Shown: in pieces, positions 23,446 to 36,400 of the stretch
How positions within the stretch are numbered: position 1 is the stretch's first letter
How the letters are laid out: every line of letters starts with the position of its first letter
From: Mobula hypostoma
Taxonomy: Eukaryota
DNA: 64,000 bases
NCBI RefSeq assembly: GCF_963921235.1
Contig: NC_086097.1
Span: forward strand, 175,090,001 to 175,154,000
Direction of reading: 5' to 3'
Notes under the pieces: generated by a model
The model's input: the letters and a program-made list of their open reading frames with translations, nothing else
What the model was told of the DNA's origin: nothing
Databases searched by the model: none
Made by a program: the position numbers and the translations under genes

Positions 23446-23926
23446 CTGTTGTTAGCAAATCTATTCCGCTTCTCTCTCACGTGCTTGTATGCATGAGCTG
23501 TACATAAATTCAGTATTTGTAAGTGGGAGAAGTCCTGTAATCAGCTCTTGTGTAAACGTCCAATAGGTGGGAACATTAAATCTCTGCAAGACTCAATGTG
23601 GGCAGTAATGCATCAATTGCCTGCTTTGTTCTGGGATCTTTAGTTCTATTTTTCATGCCTCTGCCAGGATAAATTTTGATCTTTTTATTGACTATTGACA
23701 TTCTCTGACCCTAGTCATTAAGTGGACCATAAATCAGTGCAATGTCACAATACTCGTATATTGTTCAAAAAATTGCCCCAATTATGAGAGTTTCTAAGGC
23801 ACAGAACGAACTAACTGGAGACAATTGGGCTGTACTCACCACTCTTAATTTCAGTACTGTGCAAACGTCTTGGGTATATGTAAAAAAAATCTGTAAATCA
23901 AGGATGCTTTCAAAAATAATGGAATG

Positions 23927-24022
23927 AAAAGATCCTGGCGTGTTAATACAGATCTGCTCATATCCGTGGCTAATCACCCCACAAAAGGTGGTATCTGTGG
24001 CCAATAAAAAAAAGTTGACAAA
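23927..24022 (-). pseudogene. Decayed matrilin-type EGF exon (MATN2-like), copy B
   Basis: Poly-T...CCACAG| acceptor, then TTFCGVISHGYEQICINTPGSF. Same Cys->Tyr change as copy A; the EGF pattern is lost after GSF. Strand and position fit MATN2 synteny. Confidence 0.6.
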
Positions 24023-24779
24023 GCCCTTACTCGCTCAGTCTTTCCTCTTTAATCTAGGCTGCTTCATATGACAAGAAACCGATGACCAATTACCCTTCAG
24101 CACATCATTTCTGTGCTGACTATAATGCCAGTCTAAACTAATCCCACCTGCCTGTACATGCTCTATATCCCTCTGTTCCCTTCCGTTCATGTGTCTATTT
24201 AAATTCCTCTGAAATCCCACTATCATACCTTCTTCTACCATCTCCCCTGGCTGCCTGTTCCAGGCACTCACCAATCTCTGTGTAAAGAAAACTTGCTGCA
24301 CAATCCAATTCCTCTACCCCTCTCAGATCCTGCATTCGCTAGTATTTGACATTTACACCCTGGGGGAAAAGCCTCTGATTATCTAGCCTGTCAGTGTCTT
24401 TCATCTGCTCTACCTTCATATCTACCCTAATTATTCAGGAAGCAGCGCCTCCTCGAGGGCAATTAGTGCGGGCATTGACAGTGAGACCCAAGATAATATA
24501 TTGGAGTCATTGAGTAAAAAGGGCCATTCAGCCCATTGATCCTACCCATCTCCAAGTAAAGCAATCCTATCTCTTTCATTTTCTTGTAACCCTGCAACAT
24601 TCTCTCTTCATTCATTCTAGCTTCCTTTCCATTCCTGGTGAAGGGTCAGCCTGAAACGTTGACTGTTTATTCCCTCTGTAGATGCTGCCTGATCTGTTGA
24701 GTTATTGCAGTATTTTGCATGTGCTTGTCTCTTACATGGCCATCGCCTCTTCTGATTCTTTTACCATCTACCCATATTA

Positions 24780-24950
24780 ATTTACAATATTAATTATCTT
24801 ACTGGCCTTGGGATGTGGGAGGAAACTGGAGCACCCACATGAAACCCATGTGGTCACCAGAGAATGTGCAGATTTCACACTGAGAACACACAAGATCAAG
24901 ATCAAACCTTGGTCTCCAGAGCTGTGAGGCGGTGACTCTCCCCTCGGTGT
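24780..24950 (-). mobile_element. tRNA-type elasmobranch SINE (HE1-like); related copies near 30050-30360, 33440-33700, 41890-42120, 55010-55420, 56580-56830 and 57600-57780
   Basis: Recurrent GGATGTGGGAGGAAAC.GGAGCACCC...GAAACCCATG.GGTCAC...AGAATGTGCA body with a B-box-like head. Confidence 0.6.
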
Positions 24951-26224
24951 GTGATACAAGGAGGAGTTAGCTCACTGACTCCCTCTGGTGCAGCAGTGAG
25001 AATAACTTGGCCTCAAACTGCAGGGAAGACTGAGTACTGTATACGTAACCTTTGGACTAACAGGAGGGGTTGACAAAATCCTGAGAAAGTGCTGGTGTCA
25101 CTGTGAGCTCTCAGCTGTGACCTTGAGAGGCTGAGCCCTGTTGCAGGACCCCTTCACCAGCTGAGGGCTGCTAATTTGGCACTGAGCTTGCTCGACCTCA
25201 CACTTCTCTGTGCCAGCAGAGATGTTGTTATCAGGCAGAAGTACAGCATGTGATCCCGTTACTACCTGAGGTGGATGTCTGCTGCTAGACTTCCCCGGGA
25301 CTCCCCAACCCCCAACTCACTCAACTCTCCACTCCACTTTTTTTTCCATTTCCTCCCCCCCCAACACACACACACACAGATGATGCTTGACCAGCTGTGC
25401 CTTCAGCAGATTGTTTGTTGTCCCTCTCCCCTCTGCTTACACCCTGTAACATCTTTTCACTCATTGACCATTCATGGGACTGAAACGCCAGTTCCATTCC
25501 TCCCTTCTCTCATGGAGACTGTTCTAGCTATGGGAAGTACATAGAATATTACAGCACATGACAGGCCCTTTGGCCCTTGTTGTGCCAAACTTTTATGCTA
25601 CTCTAAGATCAATCTAAAGCTTCCCTCCCATGTGGCCTTCTATTTTTCTGTCAGCCATATGCCCATCTAAGACTATCTTAAATGTCCCTAATGAATCTGC
25701 CCCTACCTCCTGGCGGCGCATTCTATCCATCCACCACTCTCTGTGTAAACAACTTACCTCTGACATCCTCCCAATACTGCCCTCCAATCACCTTAAAAGT
25801 ATGCTTCCTTTTATTAGCTATTTCCACCCTGGGAAAAAGTCTCTGGCTTTCCACTAGATCTATGCATCTTACCAGATTCAGAATTAGGTTTAATGTCACT
25901 GGCATTATGTCAGGAAGTTTGTTGTACCATCTTGTACACCTCTATCAAGTCGCCTCCTGCTCTGCTTGCTTTGTACTAAGTGGCTAAATACTGCTCCAGT
26001 GTGAGCTGATAACACCACTGTTGTTGGCCAAATCAAAGGTGGAGATAAATCTGCACGTACAGTAGGAGGGAGATTGAAAATCTGGTGAAATGGAGTCACA
26101 ACAACAACCTCTCGCTCAACGACGGCAAAACCAAAGAGCTGGTTATTGACTAGAGGAGGAAGAAGCCTGTCCTCATCAGTGGATAGGAGGTGGAGGGGAT
26201 CAGTGACTTCAAATTCCTTGATGT

Positions 26225-27050
26225 TACCATATCTGAGGATGTACAATCCTGAGAATCATTTTCTTGTGGGCATTCATAATTAATGCAAGAAACGCAATAA
26301 AATCAGTGAAAGAATACAGCAAACGAGACGGACAGACATCCAATGTGCAAAAGAGAAAAGAATTGTTCAAATACAAAAATAAAGAAATAATAAATAAACA
26401 AGCAAATAAATAAATAAACAATAAATGTGGGGAACATGAGATGAAGAGTCCTTGAAAATGAGTCCATTGATTGTGGGAACTGTTTAATGATAGGGTGAAT
26501 GAAGTTGAGTGAAGTTATCCTCTTTGGTTCAAGAGCCTGATGATTGAGTAGTAGTAACTGTTCCTGAACCTGGTGGTGTGGGTCCTGAGGCTCCTGTACC
26601 TCCTTCCTGATGGCAGCAGTGAGAAGAAAGCACAGCCTGGATGGTAGGAGTCACTGATGATGGATGCTACCTTCCTGCGACAGTGCTCTGTGTAGGTGTG
26701 CTGAAAGGTGGGAAGAACTTTACCCATGATGGACTGACCTGTATCCACTACTTTTTGTTGGCTTTTCCATTCAAGGACATAGGTGGTTCCATTCCAAGCT
26801 GTGGTGCAACCAGTCAATATACTCTCCACTGCACATCTACAAAAGTGTATCAAAGTTTTTAGATGATATGCCAAATCTTTGCAAATTTCTAAGAAAGTAG
26901 AGGCACTGCTGTGCTTTCTTTGTAATGGCACTTACATGCGGGAACCAAGGACAGATCATCTGAAATGATAGCATCAAGGAATTTAAAGTTGCTGACCCTC
27001 TCCAGCTCGGATCTCCCAATGAGGGCTGGCTCATAGACCTTCGGTTTCCT
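26225..27050 (-). mobile_element. Rex1/Babar-like LINE 3' fragment
   Basis: ESILTGCTTAWNG...HPGCAFFSLLPSGRRYRSLRTHTTRFRNSYY..IRLLN. Confidence 0.85.
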
Positions 27051-28600
27051 CCAATTGGTTTTCTACAAATGGTAGAAGAGCAATTTGGAAGCAACTACTC
27101 TATTTGTCTTTATTGTAAGGGAGGGGAAGATCAAGGAGATCTTGCAGAGATTATAGGGGGCTTTAATATATCTCATTTGAGGTTTTGTGCACTGCTTTAA
27201 AGGAAGATGCCTTGTTCTGCATGGAGTCATAAAGCATGGAAACAGGCCCTTTGGATGAAATGGTCCATGCTGATCAAGATGCTTATCTGTGTTCGTTCCA
27301 CTTGCCTGCATCCTCTAAACCTTTCCTATCATGTACCTATCTAAATGTCTTTTATATGTTCTAAATGTATCTATCTCTACCACTTCCTCTGGCAGCTTGT
27401 TCTATACAAATACCAACCTCTGTGTGAAAAAGTTCAGAATTAAAATCAGAATCACTTTTATATGATGTGAAATGTTTTGTTTTGCAGCAGCAGTACAGTG
27501 CCATACATAAAAATCACACGAATAAGTAAATTGTGCTAAAATGGAATAACAAAGAAATGTTCATGGTATTTTTTTAATACCTTTCTCCTCTCAACTTAAT
27601 TCCATGCTCTCTGGATCTCAACTCACCTACCCTGGAAAAAAAGACTGTCACCATTCATCTTTCATGATTTTATAAATTTCTTTTGTCTGCAGAACTCACT
27701 GAGTCAGAGGGCTTGAAGTGCTAAGAGTGAGATAGAAATGTGGAATTTTCTGCCCCAAACTGTAAATGAAGTTGAATCAACTGTTGATAATGCATCTGAC
27801 ACTGACAGACAAGGTTAGGAAGATGGATCATGGACCACCAATGATCGTTGGAATGGTGGAAGAGATCCAAAAATAAGATTGGGACCTTGATCCTGTATTC
27901 TTTGCTACTATCAATTAAAGCCACAGTTAACACCATCCCAGTCAACAACACCTTTGCTGAGTGAGTTGGATTGCACACATTTCCTGTCTCTGCTGTGAAA
28001 ATTATAACACAGTAGTTATTGAGCAAAAAGTTAGCAAAAGGCACCTTGACAAATTAACTTGTTGAAGTATCAGTCAATTTTTCAGAAGTTAAAGAAGCCA
28101 GGAAAATCATTAGATAATCCAATTTCCATTAGTTCTCTGGTGATGGACAGATGATGTGGAGCCAATATTCCTTGCCCTTTACAATTTGGAGGAAAAAACG
28201 GTATTTACCAAATATTTCATTCCCACCTTATAATTCCGACTTTGAAAAATTGTTTCACTTGGCAAAGCTCACTGGATCTACGAATGCACATTGAAGGTAT
28301 TGAGTGGAGAATAGGTACTGTCGCTAGTTTACTGGAAGCTATCCCCTAGGGTCAAAGGATCATGCAATAGTAACACAGGGTGGAAACAGGACCTTCAAGT
28401 CAACTGGTCCATGCTGACCAAAGTGCCTATCATGCTTGCCCCATTTGCCTGCATTTGGCCCATATCCTGCTAAATATTTCCTATGTATGTACTTATCCAA
28501 ATGTCTTTTAAATGTTGCTATTGTACCTGCTTCAACCACTTCCTCTGGCATCTCATTCCATATATTTCAATATATGCACCATCATCTTCATGAAAAAAAT

Positions 28601-29213
28601 CAAGTAGGGGACTGTGCACAACCCTGATTTGATGGAGACAGACGTGAGTGCATAGCGGAACATCTGGGAAACTTCTGAAATGCGGCTTCGCTACTGCTGC
28701 TACTGTGTGGTAACCGGAATCTCTGGAGTTGAAGGCCTCGAAATCCTCGGCTTTGCGTATTTCAGCGGCCGGGGAGAGGTCGAAGGCGCTCGGCAGAGGA
28801 TGGCGCTCGGGAGGCTGTTTCGGAGAGGCTGCTCGGAAGCTCGGAGTTTTCGGACGGATGGACTCAGGGTCAGCTGTGGTCGGCTGCTTCCAAGGTATCG
28901 GCAAGTTGACGGTGCCTGGAGGTTTATGGCAGGGAGTTTCTCCCTTGTGCTGCCCGCTATCGGGGACTCGGGAGTCGGTCGACTCAGGACTTTGAGACTA
29001 TTTTTTTTACTGTGCTTATGGACTGTTCTTCATCAAATTATGGTATTGCTTTGCACTGCTGTAACTATATGTTATAATTATGTGGTTTTGTCAGTGTTAG
29101 TCTTTGGTCTGTCTTGTTTTCTGTGCTATCACTCTGGAGAAACACTATCATTTCTTAATGCATGTATGCATTTCTAAATGACAATAAAAGAGGACTGGGT
29201 GTTCTCATAATCT
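28601..29213 (+). mobile_element. Young CpG-rich non-autonomous retroelement (SINE-like) inserted in a CR1 fragment
   Basis: Flanked by AAAAAAAT at 28593-28600 and 29214-29221; retains many CpGs; AATAAA near the 3' end. Confidence 0.6.
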
Positions 29214-29499
29214 AAAAAAATACTCGGGTCCCTTTTAAAGTTTTCCCCTCTCACTTTAAATCTATACCCTCCAGTTTGTGAATCCCTTTTGCTGGGAAAA
29301 CATCTGTATGCGTTCATGATTTTTATACATCTCTATAAAGTCACCCGTCAGTTTCCTTCATTCCTTAAGTCCTAGTCTGTCCAAACTCTCTCTAAAACTC
29401 TGTCCCTCAAGCACTGGCAGTATCCTTGTAAACCTTCTCTGCACTCTTTCCAGTTTAGTGATGTCTATTATAATAAAGCAACGAAACCTGCACACAGGT

Positions 29500-30030
29500 G
29501 TATCATAAATGAAGTGATACCCTTTGGAAGGTCAAACTTGAAGGAGGAGTACAAGATTAATGGTAGGATTCTTAACAGTGTAGAGGAACAGAGGGATTTT
29601 GGGGTCCATGTCCATAGTTGCCGCACAAAGTTGATAGGATGGTTAAGAAGGTATGTTGTGTGTTGGCTTTCATTAGTCAAGGGAGACTTCAAGAGCCACA
29701 AGCTTTATAAAACTTTAGTTAGACCACATTTGGAGTATTGTGTTCAGTTCTGGTCACCTCATTATAGGAAGACTGTAGAACCTTTAGGGAGGGTGCGGAG
29801 GATATTTACCAGGAATCCGCCTGGATTCTAGTGCATATGTTATGAGGAAAGGTTGAGCAATGTAGGGCCATTCTCTTTGGAGTGAAGGAAGATGAGAGGT
29901 GACTTGATAGAGATGTAAATGAAGATATGAGACATTGATAGAGTGGACAGCCAGAGATATTTTCCCAGGGCAGAAATGGCTAATATGAACGGACATAATT
30001 TTAGGGTGTTTGGAGGAATGTCAGAGGGAA
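29500..30030 (+). mobile_element. CR1-clade LINE fragment
   Basis: LYKTLVRPHLEYCVQFWSPHYRK. Confidence 0.85.
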
Positions 30031-32839
30031 GTTTTAAAGACTAAAGAGATTAGCTTTATTTGTCACATCTACATCGAAACATACAGTGAAATGCATCATT
30101 TGTATCAATGATCAATGCACTCTGAGGGTGTGCTGGGGACAGCTTGCAAGAGTTGCCTTGCTTCTGGCACCAAAATAGCATGCCCACAGTTCACTAACCC
30201 TAACATGTACACCTTTGGAATGTGGGATAAAGCTGGAGCATGTGGTGGAAACCCATGTGGTCATGGGGAGTGGGGGAGTGTATAAACTCCTTACAAACAG
30301 TGGCGGGATTTGAAGCCTAATCACTGGCACTGTAAGGCATTATGATATCAGCCATGCTACCCAGAGAGAAGTGGGTGCACGGAATGTACCGACATGGTCA
30401 TGGTAGAGGGATATTTAAGAGACTCTTAGATAGACACAAGAATGAAAGAAAAGTGGAGGGCTATGCAGAAAGAAAGTGTTGGATAGATCTTGGAGAAGGT
30501 TAAATGGTTGGCACAACATCATGGGCCAAAGGATCTGTATTGTCACTGAGTATCTGCCCACTAATCCCATTGAGTGGCGACTCTAAGACTCAATATTGAC
30601 CAGATACTTAAATGGACCAGCCAGAAAAATCCTGTGGACACAGAAACTGTGGTGGGTGGTTCACTTCCTGATACCTCAAAGACTTTCCACACTGCACAAG
30701 GCATGAGTCAGGAGTATGATGGAATGCTGTCCACTTGGTAAATAGGTCCAGAATCAGAATCAGATTATAGTGTCTTATATGACATCGTTTGTAATTTTGT
30801 AGCAGTAGTATAGTGCAAAGACGTAAAATTACTATAAATGACCAAAAAAAGCAAATAGAGCAAAAAAGAGGAATAATGAAGTATTGTTCATGGGTTCATA
30901 ATTCTTTTCAAAATCTGATGACAGAAGAGACTAAGCTGTTCCTGAATCATTGAGTATAGGACTTCAGGCTCTGAACCTCTTCCCTGAAGGTGGTAATGAG
31001 AAGAGAACATGTCCTGGATGGTGAGGGTCCTTAGTGATAGGTTCTGCCTTTTTGAGGCACTGCTAATCTTTGAAGCCCTTACTAATTAAGAACCTATCAA
31101 CCTCTGCTTTAAATATACCCAATGACTTGGCCTCCACAACTGTCTGTGTTAATGAATTTGACAGATTTACCACCCTTTGGCTGAAGGAATTCTTCCTTAT
31201 ATCTGTTCTGAACAGTAGAACAGTACAACACAATACCGTCCCTTCAGTTTACGATGTTTTGCCGACTTTTTAACCTACTCTAAGATCAATCTAACCTCTC
31301 GCTCCTACCTAGCCCTCTACTTTTCTTTCATCCATGAGTCTCTTAAATATCAGTAATGTATCTGTCTCTCCCACCGCCTATGGAAGCGCATACCATGCAT
31401 CACCATTATCTGTGTAAAAACTTACCTCTGACATACCCCTATACTTTTATTGAATCGCCTTAAAATTATGCCCTCAAGTATTAGCCAGTTCTGCCCTAGA
31501 GAAAAGGCACGCTGTCCATTCTAACAATGCCTGTTATCAACTTATACACATTTATCAAGTCACTCTTAACCTCCTTCGATCTAAGGAGAAAAGGCCTAGC
31601 TTGCTGAACCTTTTCTCAAAAGACATCCTCTCTAATCTGGGCAGCATCCCACTGTATCTCCTCTGCATAAGAACATACGAACAAGAAATAGGAGCAGGAG
31701 TAGGCCATTTGGCCCGTCAAGCCTGCTCCACCATTCAATAAGATCATGGCTGATCTGGCCATGGACTCATCTCCACCCACCTGCCTTTCTCCATTGTCTT
31801 AAGTATATTTACTGAGGTAGCCTCCACTGCTTCATTGGGCAGTTGCTCCTCATCCCTGTCCCAAATCTACTCCCCCGAATCTTGAGGCTATGTCCCCTAG
31901 TTCTAATCTCGCCTACCAGTGGAAATAACTTTCCTGCCTCTATCTAATCTATCCCTTTCATCATTTTATATATTTCTATTAAATCTCCTCTCATTCTTCT
32001 GATTTACAATTTAAATCCTCTTTAGAGCTCCACATCCCTCTTATAATGGGACACCCAGAAATGAACATAATGCTCTAATATTCCTTGTTGTTAGGTGAGA
32101 TTCCAAGAGCTAATATAGAACATACAGCACAGGAGCTGGCCCTTCGGACCACAGTGTCTGCGCTGACCATGATGAGAATATAATTAACATGCCTACTCAT
32201 GGTTCACATCCTTTCACTGGCTGCCTGTTCAAATGTCTGTCTAAATGCCATTTAAGCATTGTATCAGCATCTACCTCCCTTGGTAGTCTGTTCCAAGTAC
32301 CTATCACTCTCTGTATAAAAAAAAACTTGCCATATAAATCTACTTCAAACTTGCTTCCTTTCAACTTAAAACTGTGTACCCCCCCCCCCCAACTTCTTCT
32401 CCAGCTTTGTAGTTCTGGGATGTATACAACTTGGTGCCCCCAAATCCGCGAGGTTGGGATATCTTGCCCACCCAAACCCCAGTGTGTGTGAATGTTGTAC
32501 AACAAGAGTCATACGGCATGGAATTAGGCCAATCAGCTCACCAAACAACAACATATTAACAACAACTTGACCAATGCTTAAAGAATGTTCATGAAAACGA
32601 TTTTCTTCAAAATTAGCCATTCTGTCTACATATTCTTCATGAGTTCAATATGCAAGGTGAAATTTGTTCAGACACTTTGGAACTCCTTCAAATTATTCCC
32701 ACAAGATGGAAGCACCAATTGTTTGTTCTCAAAATATGAAGAATTATTATTTGTATGAGCTGTGACGAGAATTACTGAAGTTACATTGAAGTGCTGCTGA
32801 CAACCTACACCAACAGCATTTGTTCAGAGTCAAACTGTA

Positions 32840-33435
32840 GGTTTGAGTTCAGGAACTGTGAGGTAATGTTACAGCTATACAAGACCTTGGTTAGACCCCA
32901 CTTGGAGTACTGTGTTCAGTTCTGGTCACCTCACTACGGGAGAGTGCAGAGGAAATTTACAAGGATGTTGCCTGGATTGGAGGGCATACCTTATGAGAAT
33001 AGGTTGAGTGTACTTGGCCTTTTCTCTTTGGAGCGACGGAAGATGAGAGGTGACCTGATAGAGGTGTCTAAGATGATGAGAGGCAATGATCATGTGGATA
33101 ACCAGAGGCTTTTTCCCAGGGCTGAAATGGCTAACATGAGGGGGCATAGTTTTAACGTGCTTGGAAATAGGTACTGAGGGGATGTCAGGAGTAAGTTTTT
33201 CACACAGAGAGTGGTGGGTGAGTGGAATGCACTGCCGGCAGCAGTCACTGGAAGCGAATACAATAGGGTCTTTGAAGAGCCTCTTAGATAGATACATGGA
33301 GCTTAGAAAAATAGAGGGCTTTGCGCTAGGGAAATTCTAGGAAGTCTCTTGAGTAGGTTACATGGTTGGCACAAAATTGTGGGCTGAAGGGCTGAATGTG
33401 CTGTAAATTTCTATGTTCTATATTCTATTTTATGT
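32840..33435 (+). mobile_element. CR1-clade LINE 3' end
   Basis: LYKTLVRPHLEYCVQFWSP...RGDLIEV; TTCTATG-type tail. A near-identical subfamily copy is at 40235-40700. Confidence 0.88.
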
Positions 33436-36400
33436 TCAAACTTGTGCTGGCCCACTAATTTACATTAACCCTACACATCCCATTTTATTCTCCCACATTT
33501 TCAGCAACTCCCCCAACATTCTTCCCCTCACCTACACACTACGGGCAATTTACAGCATCCAATTAACCCGCTAGCTGCATATTTTTGTAATAGAGCACCC
33601 AGGTAAACCCACATGGATTGCAGGGAGAATGTACAAACTGCACACAGACAGTAGCTGAGGTCCTTATTGGAGATATGAGACAGAGTCTCCACTGCACCCC
33701 TCCAGATGTTTTACAGGAACATTACCAGATTAAATTTAATAGAGTCCCTGTAAGAAGTTGGTACAGTAAGTGTCCAAAGGCTTAGTCAAAGTGGGAGATT
33801 TTAAAGAATGTCTTCAAAAAGAGAAAAGGCCAGAGGTAAGGTAGAATGCACAGATTTTGATGTTTGGACAATTAAGTTCAGCAAGTCCCCAGATGCTGAT
33901 ACAAATGTTAAATTTTAAATGGTGAACACTTTCCTTTGGGTACCATTACACACTTGAGGCTAACCCTGCTTGTATTTGGTTTCCATATGACTATAAGATT
34001 TAGGAGTAAAATTAAGCCATTTGGGCCATTGAGTTTGTTCTAATATTCCATCATGTCTGATTTGGTTCAACCCCATTTTCTAACTTTCACCCCGTAACCC
34101 TTATTGATCAAGAACCTATCTCTATCTGCCTTAAATACATCCAATGATTTGGCTTCTGCAGCCCACCATGAAGCGAATTCCATAGTTTCCACTGGCTAAA
34201 TAAATTCCTCCTCATCTCAGTTCTAATGGAAGATTCCTTTACTGTGCCCTCAGATCCTCTACATCTGCTCTATCTAGGCCTTGCAATACTAAACAGGTTT
34301 CAATAAAATCCCCCTTCATCCTTCAGACCCAGAGTGATCAAATGCTCCTTATTTGTTAAGACTTTCATTCCTGGGATCATTTTTCTAAACCTCCTCTGGA
34401 TACCCTCAAGGGTAAACACATCCTTCCTTAGATATAGGGTCCAAAGTTGCTCAGAATATTCAAATGTAGTCTGAACAACATTTATAAAGCCTCAGCAATA
34501 AATCCTTGCTTTTATACTCTGGTCCTTTGTTTCTGAGCTATTTATTCAAGAAGTTTTGTCTTGAACCCAAAGTGCTTTGTATTCTTGTTCTTTAGTCTAA
34601 CGAAGCCACAAGAGAACCAGGAGTTGCTGGAAGTCTTGGGCAAGGCACACAAAACTCTGGAGGAACTTAGCAGGTCATTCAGCATCTATGGGAGGAAATG
34701 AACAGCCGATGTTTCTGGCTGAGACTTCATCAGGACCAGTACTGATTGCAGCATAAACTCAGCTGATGAATTCTCTGGTCAGCTCTTTGTTGCTTTGTGA
34801 CAATCCTCTACCTTCACCCATGTTGACGTTGTGGAGACCAAGGCAGGACACTGGTGGCAGTGGGAAGCCTGATTTCTACAGGAGGACTGTCTCTATTGCA
34901 CAGACTTAGAATTGGTTGCTCTCTAGCCAGTAGTTCACAGGTACTGGGTGTGTAAACAGAGGTCATGAATTGAAAAAGAATCAGGGCAAGATGGACAAAC
35001 CTTATCTACATTGAAACAGAAGGGGAACAAATCTAACATATTTGAAACATTAGAGTATTGTATTCAGTACTTGTCACTGCATTGTAGGAAAGAATGATGC
35101 TTCACGGTCCCGATTAAAGGTCTCGGCCCAAAATGTCGACCGTCCATTTCTCTCCATAGATGCTGTTTGACCAGCTGAGTTCCTCCAGCATTTTGTGTGT
35201 GTTGCTCTTTATTCTGTTTTGTTACAAAGCATTAAACAGGGAGATATGGGAATGGAAGTACTGGAGCCTGGGAATTGGGAATAATTTTATTATTATCACA
35301 TGTACTGAGATACAGTGAAAAGCTTTTGTCTCTGTGCCATCCAGACAGATTATTCCAAACGAGTACATCAATGTACTACAAAGGGAAAGCTAGACAGAAT
35401 GCAGGATATATTGTTGGAGTGCATAATGTAGAGTTAGCTATAAAAGCCCAAAAGCTTTGATGGATGTGCTTGTCCTGAAGATTTATGGACTATTGACAGT
35501 ATGGATTTTTATGAGAATTTTGAAACAAATAGCAGCCAGTTCACTGCCTCTCTCTTGTATTTTGAATTAATGTTAAACCCTGACAGATATGATATACAGA
35601 TGGGATTATTGTGGTATCAGACAATGAATTCTTGCATGGGTTGTATCTGGGTGAATTACTTCTTACAAGTTTACTTTCATAGATGTGTTGAATCAAAGCA
35701 AAATTTGGCAGAGTAAGGACATTTGGCTCACTTATGCTGGTTTTCCAATTAATCCCACACCCCTGCCCTTTGCTCTTGGCTCTGCAATTTCGTTTCTACA
35801 ACAAGTATTTATCTAATTTACTTTTGATAGTTCCCTTTGAATCACCTTCCAACTCAGGCAATGTGTTCCAGATCACAGCATCCTATTGAGTAAAGTTCTG
35901 TTTCAGGATGTGGTACTTGGTTGACAGCATCTTGGAAGAAGACACTGGTAGTTTTCCTGTTAGCCTGTTCCATTTGATAGTAGAGACCATGGATTTAAGA
36001 GGTGTCATTGGAATAAACTGGGCAAGTAAGTCAACATTTTGCAAATGATACACACTATAACCACGGTGCACCGCTGAGGAATTGGAGGGGCTGTTTCTTT
36101 GTCCTGGATGGGTGTGAAACTTCTTAAGATTTGTGGAGTTGCAATTAGAATCAGAATCAAATTTATTATCCTTGACTTATAGGTGGTGATATTTGTTGCT
36201 TTGTGGCAGCAGTACAGTGCAAAGTTACAAAATTGCTATGAGTTACCAAGACAAATACATAGTGAAAAAAAGAATAACGTTCATGGATTCATTGACTGTT
36301 CAGAAATTTGATGGTGCAAGGGAAAAAGCCATTCCAGAATCTTTGAGGTTCTTGTATCTCCTCCCCAATGGCAATAATGAGAAGATGAGAATGTAAGTCT

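Noticed and set aside
28518..29177. Overlapping 128-165 aa ORFs
   Set aside because: They lie within a GC-rich TSD-flanked insertion and show no protein motif.
32520..32835. AT-rich segment with an AVGVG (vWA-like) word on - and a vague Helitron-like word on +
   Set aside because: Matches are only a few residues long, with stops in all frames; it cannot be assigned.
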